Assembly (NCBI GenBank): GCA_023269675.1 | Contig: JAHFSX010000020.1 | Span: forward strand, 6,550 to 70,549 | Direction: 5' to 3' | Length of the DNA: 64,000 nucleotides | DNA from: Verrucomicrobiota bacterium | GTDB lineage: Bacteria; Verrucomicrobiota; Kiritimatiellia; RFP12; UBA1067 | Part shown: piece by piece, positions 22,850-31,159 of the stretch | Layout of the letters: each line of letters begins with the position of its first letter | Numbering within the stretch: position 1 is the stretch's first letter | Program-made: the position numbers and the translations under genes | Notes under the pieces: generated by a model | Database searches by the model: none | Told to the model about the DNA's origin: nothing | The model's input: only the letters and a program-made list of their open reading frames with translations

Positions 22850-22938
22850 TCATCACCCGTTTTCTTCGGAAGTGCCTCGGTCGGCGCAGAACGTCAGCGG
22901 CCAGACCTGGCGTCGTCACGCAGCTTGCGTGAGCCGCT

Positions 22939-23346
22939 TTGTCAAATCTCTCTTCTTCAACTCCTGCTCACAATTACAACACGGATGTTACCACGTTCTG
23001 CAGCAGGTCCGGTAGTCATGAAAGAGCCTGCCTGAGCCGGCACGCAATCTCCGCACCTTTCGATACCGAAGGCGGCAAGGGCTTCGAAACGGTGTGCCCG
23101 CCTGAAAAGGGGGTTGATCTCGCGGCCGCGTGCGCAGGAGCCGAGGGCCGCACGCTGCGCTGGCAGAGGATGGACGGGTTCCGGGACGGCATCGTCAAGG
23201 ACCTCAAGATCTTCGGGCGGAACGAGGACGCTTTACCGCGAGATCGATTCACGCTCTGGCTGGACTGCAACTCCGATTTCTACGGCACGTACGAGAACCT
23301 TCAGGCGCAGGCGCGCGGCGAGATCGTGCGCCCGGTGCTGGAGTGA
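22939..23346 (+). pseudogene. Orphan coding-like fragment without credible start or signal peptide
   Basis: GC3 is high only from about 23040. No ATG with an SD. Possibly a remnant of a secreted glycan-active protein. Confidence 0.3.
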
Positions 23347-23368
23347 GGGAAGACCGCGGGGGACGGTT

Positions 23369-23406
23369 GGGATTAAGATTAAGAGCGAGATTACGATTAC
23401 GAATGG
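23369..23406. repeat. GATTAAGA-type octamer array between convergent genes
   Basis: GGGATTAAGATTAAGAGCGAGATTACGATTACGAATGG. Confidence 0.8.
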
Positions 23407-23413
23407 CCGCCTG

Positions 23414-23848
23414 TCACGCGAAGGAGCCGTAGGTGCGCTCGGTGGTGGTCAGCCCCATGTGGTACGAATAGGGGTGGAGCGCGATTTCGGGGTCGGCCAG
23501 GCGGCTGGCCCGGTACTGCGAGGGGGAGAGCCCCGTGGCCTTCTGGAAGCGGCGCGAGAAATAGAGCTGGTTGACGAAGCCGACCTGCGCGGCGATTTCT
23601 TTGATGCTCAGATGGTTCAGGCTCAACAGCTTCTTGGCGTACTCGATGCGCTGGCGTTCGATGTAGTGTTGCGGGGAGAGGTGCAGATGGCGTTTGAACA
23701 GGCGGAAAAGCTGGCAGTACGAGAGGTTGGCGAGACGGGAGAGCTGGGGGTAGTCCGGGGCTTCATGTAACGTCGTGCGGATGTAATCCGTGACACGGGT
23801 TAACCGCTCGTCCGCTTCGCCGTTCGGCTGCCCCTGTTTGACTCGCAT
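23414..23848 (-). CDS. AraC-family transcriptional regulator (HTH domain only)
   Basis: LSRLANLSYCQLFRLFKRHLHLSPQHYIERQRIEYAKKLL...IKEIAAQVGFVNQLYFSRRFQKATGLSPSQYR. The start could also be 23887. Confidence 0.85.
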   Translation of the reverse strand: MRVKQGQPNGEADERLTRVTDYIRTTLHEAPDYPQLSRLANLSYCQLFRLFKRHLHLSPQHYIERQRIEYAKKLLSLNHLSIKEIAAQVGFVNQLYFSRRFQKATGLSPSQYRASRLADPEIALHPYSYHMGLTTTERTYGSFA

Positions 23849-24106
23849 GGAGACAGCGTAGGCAAAAACGCGCGGCCGGGCAATCAAAAAGGGAGGTCCG
23901 CCCGTCGAGCGGGAGCGTCAGGGCGGGCGCGCCGAGCGTGCAATCCTGGTGCATAACGATGCAATGCCAGTCCAAAGCATTCTGGTTGAAGGCGGAAGAT
24001 CGGTCCGATATAGTTGGACCCGCATCGTTGGATACGTTTTTTGAAAAGGCCCGGATGAGGCGCAGAGGGCCGGTCGGATTCACGGGATTCAGGGAGAAGA
24101 GCATAC

Positions 24107-27100
24107 ATGACATCGAAAACAAGCGGCGGCCGGATCCTTACGCTCACCGTCCTGTTGGCCGTGCCGGGGGTTGCGCCTGCGGCGCCGGCCGCGAGCGCTG
24201 TCGCGGATGCGCATCTGGTGACCGGCGATGCGGGCGACCGCCCGGCGATGCAGTCCGCGGCCATGCCGGCGACGGCGCAACCGGCCACCAAGCAAAATCT
24301 GGTGATCTTCAACGAGCCGGGCCGGTACGGCGGCTGGCCCGCCAATCACGGCCTCTGGCAGTGGGGCGATGAGCTGGTCGCGGGGTTCGAGGTCGCCTGG
24401 TTTAAGCACCCGGTCAACGATCACGCCGTGGACCGCGGCAAGCCCTTCGAAAACTGGCAGGCGCGCAGCCTCGACGGCGGCCGGACGTGGCAGATGGAGC
24501 ACGACCTGCCCTTCACCCCGCTCGGACACGAGAAGCAACCCGCGCCGCTGAGCGCGCCGCTCGATTTCACCGCGCCGGATTTCGCCCTCATGTTCCGCTT
24601 CGGCGGTCTGCATGACGGGCCGTCGTGGTTCTACACGTCGGATGACCGCTGCCGCACCTGGAAAGGGCCTTACGCCTTTGCCGTCGACGGTGTCGATAAG
24701 ATCTGCACGCGCACCGATCTCATCATACTCGGCCCGCGCGACTGCCTGATGTTCGGCAGCGCGGCCAAGCCGAGCGACGGCAAGGAAGGCCGCGTGTTCT
24801 GCGCGCGCACCACGGACGGCGGTCTGCACTGGAAGCTGGTCGCGTTTATCGGCCCTGAGCCGGCGTCCGGCTACGCCATCATGCCGTCCACGGTGCGGCT
24901 CCCGGGCGGCGCGCTGGTCACCGCGGTCCGCAACGGCGGCGCGAAGCGCAACAGCATCGACGCCTGGCGCAGCGACGACGACGGCCGGCACTGGACGTCG
25001 CTCGGCGACGCGACGCCCGACATCGGCAGCAATCCGCCGGCCCTGGTGCAGCTGAAGGACGGCCGGCTGGGCCTGTCCTACGGGTATCGCCGCAAGCCGT
25101 TCGGGGTGCGCGCGCGAATCTCCAGCGACGAGGGCCGCACATGGGGCCCGGAGATCATCCTGCGCGACGACGGGCTCACCGGCGACCTCGGCTATCCGCG
25201 CAGCATCGTCCGACCCGACGGCAAGATCCTGACGGTCTACTATTTCAACGGGCCGCGCGACGAGGACCGCACCATTCAGGGCACGCTCTGGACGCCGCCT
25301 GAGAGTTCCGTGGCCATAACGGGCACGACGGTCACGAACTCCATCGGCATGCGGCTTGTCCGCGTGGCGGCGGGCCGCTTTGTCATGGGGCAGGACGGAC
25401 CGGCCTCGGACTACAAGCTGGTCAAGCATCCTGAGAAGTTCGACGATGCGGACTGGGACGAGAAGCCGGCGCACGCGGTCACGGTCACGACGCCCTTTTA
25501 TATGGGCGCCACGGAGGTGACGCTCGGGCAGTACCGGCGGTTCATGCCCGCGTTCCGCGGCACGGAAGGCGACAGCGAGGACGCGGTGAGCGGCATCAGC
25601 TGGGACCAGGCGCAGGCGTTCTGCGCCTGGCTGTCGGAGAGGGAGGGCCAGACTTACCGGCTGCCGACCGAAGCGGAGTGGGAGTATACCTGCCGCGCCG
25701 GAACGACAACGATCTTCAACACGGGCGACGCTTTACCGGATGGCTTTCAGCCGTGGTACGGGGACACGGGATTCCTCGAGCGCTACTTCAAGGACGGCGC
25801 GTTGCCGAAGCCCTACCGCAGCGGGACTAGGGTCAGCGTCCGCGTCGCGCGGGGCGCGCCGAACGCCTGGGGCCTGTACGACACGCACGGCAACCTCGCG
25901 GAGTGGTGCGGCGACTGGTACGGGCCTTATGAGTCGGGCCCACAAACCGATCCGCTCGGCCGCAGCGCGGGCGATTTCCGCGTGCTCCGCGGCGGAAGCC
26001 ATTCGGCCTTCGCCCGCCTGCTGCGCTCGGCCAACCGCGCGGCGTGGTTGCCGCAGACGAAGAGCGACAAAGCGGGCTTCCGCGTCGTGCTCGGCGCGTT
26101 GCCGCCGGGCCAGACCGTGCCGCCGGCGCCGCCGCCGCTGAACGCGCAGAACGTGAAGCCGGGCCTCGTGAAGATCGAGCAGGGGCCGCGGGAGCAGCCG
26201 TTCTTTTCCGGACCGAGTCCTTTTGTGAAGATCGCGCCCGGCTCCGCCGGGCCGATGTTCTCCGCCCACAATCACAGCCCCTCGATCACCGAGTGCCCGA
26301 ACGGCGACCTGCTTGCGGTCTGGTACTCTTGCGTCGACGAGGGTGGCAGCGAGCTGTGCGACGTCGCCAGCCGTCTCCGCTTCGGCAGCAGGGAGTGGGA
26401 GCCGGCCTCGCCCTTCTGGGACGGGCCCGACGTGAACGACCACGCGCCCAAGGTCTGGTGGGACGGCCGGCAGACGCTGTTCAACTTCGCGCGCGGCCGC
26501 GATGAGAACATCCTGCGCACCTCCACCGACAACGGCGCCACGTGGTCGAAAGCGGAGGTGATGCAGCCGGTCGGCGAGTTCGGCAATCAGCTGCTGCGGC
26601 TGCGCGACGGCACGCTGGTGCTCGGCAACGACTCCCGGCAATGCAGTCTCGTTTTCAGCCGCGACGGCGGAAAGCGTTGGGACTTCAACGACGTCCAGAA
26701 GCGCGCGAGCGATTTCCGCCCTGGGGGACAGGGATTCCGCTATCCCGGCATCCACGCGCCGATGGTGCAGCTCGCCGACGGCCGCATCATGGCCTTGAGC
26801 CGTAACGACAAGCCGGAGGATCAGGCGCTGTTCGGCTTCAAGACTCCGATGAGTTACTCGGGCGACCTCGGCAGGACGTGGACGTTCGAGGCGACTGAGT
26901 TTCCCGCGATCAGCAGCGTGCAGCGCGCGGCGATGATCCGGCTGCACGAAGGGCCGATCCTGCTGTGCACGTTCACCGACCAGTGGCGCGACTGGAAGAA
27001 CCGCAAGGGCTTGGCCTTCAAGTCGGCCGGTGGGGGAGAGACCGTCGGCTATGGTTTGTTCGCGGCGCTTTCGTTCGACGAGGGCAAGACCTGGCCCGTG

Positions 27101-27313
27101 CGCAAGCTCGTCACGCCTGGCGGCCCCTCGCGCACTGTGAACGGGATTGACCGCTTGGAGTTCACGCTCAGCGGCACCCTGGCGGAGCCGTGCGGGTACC
27201 TCGCCGCCACGCAGACCCGCGACGGGAATGTGCAGCTGATCACGAGCAAGAACCATTATGTCTTCAACCTCGCGTGGCTCCAGGCCCTGCCGCCTGCGCC
27301 GGGGAAAGAGTGA
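24107..27313 (+). CDS. Secreted BNR/sialidase-like propeller - FGE-sulfatase (SUMF1) domain - BNR/sialidase-like propeller fusion
   Basis: Asp-boxes SLDGGRTW, TTDGGLHW, SDDDGRHW, SSDEGRTW. FGE motifs GMRLVRVAAGRFVMG, WEYTCRAGT, RVLRGGSH. Second set STDNGATW, SRDGGKRW, SGDLGRTW, SFDEGKTW. Confidence 0.85.
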   Translation: MTSKTSGGRILTLTVLLAVPGVAPAAPAASAVADAHLVTGDAGDRPAMQSAAMPATAQPATKQNLVIFNEPGRYGGWPANHGLWQWGDELVAGFEVAWFKHPVNDHAVDRGKPFENWQARSLDGGRTWQMEHDLPFTPLGHEKQPAPLSAPLDFTAPDFALMFRFGGLHDGPSWFYTSDDRCRTWKGPYAFAVDGVDKICTRTDLIILGPRDCLMFGSAAKPSDGKEGRVFCARTTDGGLHWKLVAFIGPEPASGYAIMPSTVRLPGGALVTAVRNGGAKRNSIDAWRSDDDGRHWTSLGDATPDIGSNPPALVQLKDGRLGLSYGYRRKPFGVRARISSDEGRTWGPEIILRDDGLTGDLGYPRSIVRPDGKILTVYYFNGPRDEDRTIQGTLWTPPESSVAITGTTVTNSIGMRLVRVAAGRFVMGQDGPASDYKLVKHPEKFDDADWDEKPAHAVTVTTPFYMGATEVTLGQYRRFMPAFRGTEGDSEDAVSGISWDQAQAFCAWLSEREGQTYRLPTEAEWEYTCRAGTTTIFNTGDALPDGFQPWYGDTGFLERYFKDGALPKPYRSGTRVSVRVARGAPNAWGLYDTHGNLAEWCGDWYGPYESGPQTDPLGRSAGDFRVLRGGSHSAFARLLRSANRAAWLPQTKSDKAGFRVVLGALPPGQTVPPAPPPLNAQNVKPGLVKIEQGPREQPFFSGPSPFVKIAPGSAGPMFSAHNHSPSITECPNGDLLAVWYSCVDEGGSELCDVASRLRFGSREWEPASPFWDGPDVNDHAPKVWWDGRQTLFNFARGRDENILRTSTDNGATWSKAEVMQPVGEFGNQLLRLRDGTLVLGNDSRQCSLVFSRDGGKRWDFNDVQKRASDFRPGGQGFRYPGIHAPMVQLADGRIMALSRNDKPEDQALFGFKTPMSYSGDLGRTWTFEATEFPAISSVQRAAMIRLHEGPILLCTFTDQWRDWKNRKGLAFKSAGGGETVGYGLFAALSFDEGKTWPVRKLVTPGGPSRTVNGIDRLEFTLSGTLAEPCGYLAATQTRDGNVQLITSKNHYVFNLAWLQALPPAPGKE

Positions 27314-27369
27314 GGTGTTGCCAATGGGTTCTTCGCGGATTCATGAATCGAACGTCGCAGATGATTTTA

Positions 27370-27445
27370 ACCGCCAAGGCACAAAGTGCACCAAGAACAC
27401 CAAATATTATCTCGGTGAACTCCGTGTTCTTAGAGCCTTGGTGGT
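27370..27445. repeat. Inverted array of CACCAAG-type 8/9-mers
   Basis: ACCGCCAAG GCACAAAG TGCACCAAG AACACCAAA -tattatc- TCGGTGAAC TCCGTGTTC TTAGAGC CTTGGTGGT. The palindrome GATTCATGAATC sits at 27338-27349. Confidence 0.8.
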
Positions 27446-27489
27446 GAAGAAACTGTTGTTTCCGGCTATGCCGGGTTAGGAGAGCGCAT

Positions 27490-28410
27490 ATGTTGCCGAA
27501 ACCGCTGAGAGGGGTCGTGCCGCCGATGGTCACCCCGCTGCTGGATAACGACACCTTGGATATCGAGGGGCTGGAGCGCCTGGTGGAGCACATTCTAGCG
27601 GGGCATGTCCACGGGCTGTTCCTGCTGGGGACCACGGGCGAGGCGCCCGACCTGAACTACGCGCTGCGGCACGAGCTGGTCAAGCGCGTCTGCAAGCAGG
27701 TGAAGGGGCGCGTGCCGGTGCTGGTGGGCGTCACCGACACGGTGTTCCCCGAGAGCCTGCGGCTGGCCCAGACGGCGGAGAAGGCGGGCGCGGAAGCGGT
27801 TGTCGCCGCGCCGCCGTACTACTACATGACGGGTCAGCCGGAGCTGGTCGAGTACTACACCCACCTGGCGAACCGCTTGCCGTTGCCGCTCTTTCTCTAC
27901 AACATGCCGTCGCACACCAAGGTGATGATCGACCCATACACCGCGCGCACCCTGTCGGAACACCCCAACATCGTCGGGCTCAAGGACAGCTCGGCCAACA
28001 TCGTCTACTTCAACGCGGTGCGCCACCTGCTGCGCGAGCGCGAGGACTTCGCCGTGCTGATGGGGCCGGAGGAGGCGCTCGGCGAGGTGGTGCTGATGGG
28101 CGCGCACGGGGGCGTGTGCGGCGGGGCGAACCTGTTCCCGCAGCTCTTTGTGGACACCTACCGCGCGGCGGTGGCGGGGGATGTCGCGCAGGTGCGGGCG
28201 CTGCAGGAGCGCATCATGGCGGTCAGCGGCGCCTTGTATGGCGTGGGGCGGCACGTGTCGAGTTTCCTGAAGGGCGTGAAGTGCTCGCTCGACCTGATGG
28301 GCATCTGCAGCGATTTCATGGCCGAGCCCTTCAGCGCGTTCCGCGAGGAGGAGCGGGCGATCATCCGCAGCCGGCTCATCACGCTGGGCGCGAGCGTGGT
28401 GAAGGAGTAG
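27490..28410 (+). CDS. DapA/N-acetylneuraminate-lyase-family aldolase
   Basis: VPPMVTPL...GLFLLGTTGE...YNMPSHTKV...IVGLKDSS (Schiff-base Lys context). Confidence 0.85.
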   Translation: MLPKPLRGVVPPMVTPLLDNDTLDIEGLERLVEHILAGHVHGLFLLGTTGEAPDLNYALRHELVKRVCKQVKGRVPVLVGVTDTVFPESLRLAQTAEKAGAEAVVAAPPYYYMTGQPELVEYYTHLANRLPLPLFLYNMPSHTKVMIDPYTARTLSEHPNIVGLKDSSANIVYFNAVRHLLREREDFAVLMGPEEALGEVVLMGAHGGVCGGANLFPQLFVDTYRAAVAGDVAQVRALQERIMAVSGALYGVGRHVSSFLKGVKCSLDLMGICSDFMAEPFSAFREEERAIIRSRLITLGASVVKE

Positions 28411-28413
28411 ATC

Positions 28414-29901
28414 ATGCAGTTACCGTTGATTGACCTGCTGGTTTTCGCCGTCTATATGGCGGGCGTCACCTTGTTCGGGTGCTCGTTCTATTTCAGGAAG
28501 GGGGCCGCGGATAAGGCCGACGCCTTCACCTCCGGCGGCGGGCGGTTGCCCGCGTGGGCGGTGGGCATGTCGATCTTCGCGACCTTCGTGAGCAGCATCA
28601 GCTTTCTGGGTCTGCCGGCCAAGGCTTACCTCGGGAACTGGAACGCCTTCGTGTTCAGCCTCTCGATCCCGGTGGCGTCGTGGATGGCGGTGCGCTTCTT
28701 CGTGCCGCTCTACCGCAGCCTGAACAGCGTCTCGGCCTACAGCTATCTCGAGACGCGCTTCGGCCCGTGGGCGCGCGTCTACGCCTCGCTCTGCTATCTG
28801 GTGACGCAGGTGGCGCGCATGGGCACGATCATGTATCTGCTGGCGCTGCCCATGAACGCGCTGCTCGGCTGGTCCATCCCGCTGATCATCGTGATCACGG
28901 GCGTCGGCGTGTTGCTCTACTCGATGATGGGAGGCATTCAGGCGGTGGTCTGGACCGACGCGATCCAGGGAATCATCCTGATCGGCGGCACGGTGCTCTG
29001 CCTCGGCGTGCTGCTCTGCTCCATGCCGGGGGGGATCGGACAGACCTGGGAGATCGCGACCGCGTCGCACAAGTTCAGCCTCGGCAGCTGGAGTCCGGCG
29101 GACTGGGGCAGCGAGACCTTCTGGGTCTGCCTCGTCTACGGCATCTTCATCAACCTGCAGAACTACGGCATCGACCAGAACTACGTGCAGCGCTACATGA
29201 CCGCTCGCACCCAGCGCGACGCGATCCGCTCGACGCTCTTCGGCTCGCTGCTTTACGTGCCGGTCTCGTTCCTCTTTTTCGCCATCGGCACCGCGATGTT
29301 CGCCTACTATCAGGCGCGCCCGGAGCTGCTGCCGCCCGAGATCGCGGCGCGCCCGGACCAGGTGCTGCCGTACTTCATCGTCAAGGGCCTGCCCGTGGGC
29401 GTGACGGGCCTCCTGATCGCGTCGATTTTCGCGGCGGGCATGAGCACGATCGCGACGAGCCTCAACAGCGGCGCGACGATCCTGCTGGAGGATTACTACA
29501 AGCGCTTCATCGATCCGGCGGTGCGCGACCGTCAGGCGATGCGCGTGCTGCATGCCGGGACGCTGGCGCTGGCGGTGCTGGGCGTGGGGTGCGCGCTGGC
29601 GATGATGCGCGTGAAGAGCGCGCTGGATGTGTGGTGGGCGCTCTCGTCCATTTTCAGCGGTGGCATGCTGGGGCTGTTTCTGCTAGGGTATTTCTCCAGG
29701 AAAGCGCGCAACCCCGAGGCGGCCCTGGGCGCGGTTCTGGGCATCCTGGTGATCGCGTGGGTCAGCGTGTTCCAGAAGACGTGGCCCTTGCCGGTGAAGC
29801 TGCATGCCAATCTGGCGATCGTGCTGGGCACGACGACCATCTTCGTGACCGGCTTTCTGCTCTCGGCGCTGCGGCGGCGGAAAAGCGGAGTAGAGCCATG
29901 A
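28414..29901 (+). CDS. Sodium:solute symporter (SSS) family transporter
   Basis: 495 aa, about 13 TM helices. GGRLPAWAVGMSIFATFVSSISFLG. Confidence 0.85.
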   Translation: MQLPLIDLLVFAVYMAGVTLFGCSFYFRKGAADKADAFTSGGGRLPAWAVGMSIFATFVSSISFLGLPAKAYLGNWNAFVFSLSIPVASWMAVRFFVPLYRSLNSVSAYSYLETRFGPWARVYASLCYLVTQVARMGTIMYLLALPMNALLGWSIPLIIVITGVGVLLYSMMGGIQAVVWTDAIQGIILIGGTVLCLGVLLCSMPGGIGQTWEIATASHKFSLGSWSPADWGSETFWVCLVYGIFINLQNYGIDQNYVQRYMTARTQRDAIRSTLFGSLLYVPVSFLFFAIGTAMFAYYQARPELLPPEIAARPDQVLPYFIVKGLPVGVTGLLIASIFAAGMSTIATSLNSGATILLEDYYKRFIDPAVRDRQAMRVLHAGTLALAVLGVGCALAMMRVKSALDVWWALSSIFSGGMLGLFLLGYFSRKARNPEAALGAVLGILVIAWVSVFQKTWPLPVKLHANLAIVLGTTTIFVTGFLLSALRRRKSGVEP

Positions 29902-29938
29902 TCGGACGGATCCGTCCGATCAAATAAAAGGGAATAAC

Positions 29939-30964
29939 ATGAAGCGGAAATGGGATTTTGCGGTCGGTGCGTTTGCGCTGGCGCTGCGTGCGGCGGCGGT
30001 GGAGCCCGGCGGGGCGGTGACGGTTGCGGAGTTCATCAACGATCCGATGCCCACGCCGGCGTGCCACGCCTCGACGATCGTCGAAGGCGGCAAGGGCCTG
30101 GTGGCGGCGTGGTTCGGCGGCACCGGCGAGGGCCATAAAGACGTGGGCATCTGGCTTTCGCGGCAGGAGGGCGGCCGCTGGCTGCCGGCGCAAGAGGTCG
30201 CGAACGGCGTGCAGGCGGACGGCACGCGCCACCCCTGCTGGAACCCCGTGCTGTTCCAGCCCAAGCGCGGCCCGCTGCTGCTCTTCTTCAAGGTCGGGCC
30301 GAAGTGTGACCGCTGGTGGGGCATGCTGATGACCTCGGCGGACGGCGGCGCGACGTGGTGCGCGCCCAAGCGGCTGCCGGACGGCTGCATCGGTCCGGTC
30401 AAGAACAAGCCGCTCGAGCTGGCTGACGGACGCCTGCTGTGCGGGTCGAGCGACGAGCTGGGCGGCTGGAGCGTGCACATGGAATGGACGGCCGACAACG
30501 GGGCCACGTGGACGCGCACGGATCCGCTGAACGAGGCGAAGAGCATCGCCGCGATCCAGCCCAGCCTGCTGGTGCATGCGGACGGCGCGATCCAGGCGGT
30601 CGGGCGCACGCGGCAGCAGCGTGTGTTTTCGATGACGTCCGCCGACGCGGGGAAGACCTGGGGGCCGATGACGCTGCTCGAGATGCCGAACCCGAACTCC
30701 GGCACGGATGCGGTGACGCTGAAGGACGGCCGCTTCCTGATGGTCTGCAATCCGGTGCCGAAGGGGCGCTCGCCGCTGGTGGTCGCGCTGTCGCGCGACG
30801 GCCAGGCGTGGAAGGCTGTGCTGACGCTGGAGGACGAGCCCGCGCGGGAGTTCTCCTATCCGGCGGTGATCCAAACGGCGGACGGCAAGGTGCACATCAC
30901 CTACACGTGGAAGCGCCTCAAGGTGCGGCACGTGGTGCTGGACCCGGCCAAGCTGGGGGAGTGA
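29939..30964 (+). CDS. Exo-alpha-sialidase / BNR-repeat glycosidase
   Basis: ACHASTIVE...WFGGTGEGHKDVGIW. Asp-boxes SADGGATW, TADNGATW, SADAGKTW. Confidence 0.85.
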   Translation: MKRKWDFAVGAFALALRAAAVEPGGAVTVAEFINDPMPTPACHASTIVEGGKGLVAAWFGGTGEGHKDVGIWLSRQEGGRWLPAQEVANGVQADGTRHPCWNPVLFQPKRGPLLLFFKVGPKCDRWWGMLMTSADGGATWCAPKRLPDGCIGPVKNKPLELADGRLLCGSSDELGGWSVHMEWTADNGATWTRTDPLNEAKSIAAIQPSLLVHADGAIQAVGRTRQQRVFSMTSADAGKTWGPMTLLEMPNPNSGTDAVTLKDGRFLMVCNPVPKGRSPLVVALSRDGQAWKAVLTLEDEPAREFSYPAVIQTADGKVHITYTWKRLKVRHVVLDPAKLGE

Positions 30965-31025
30965 TAGGCAGCGGTATTATGCTGCGCGCGCGAGGTGTTT
31001 AGGCGAAAAGGGCTTGGTGTTTGCG

Positions 31026-31095
31026 CGGCAGGGCGAGCACGCCGTGCCGCCGCTGTTGGGCATGATGCGGCGGCGCGGGAGCGCTCGCCCTGCCG
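31026..31095. other. Nested perfect hairpin (13-bp outer, 8-bp inner stem)
   Basis: CGGCAGGGCGAGC...GCCGCCGC-13 nt-GCGGCGGC...GCTCGCCCTGCCG. Confidence 0.7.
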
Positions 31096-31159
31096 GAGTT
31101 AGTCTGGGAAACAGGTTTCTGAATGGGCATTAGGTTTTGAGCGCAGGGGGGGATCGGGA

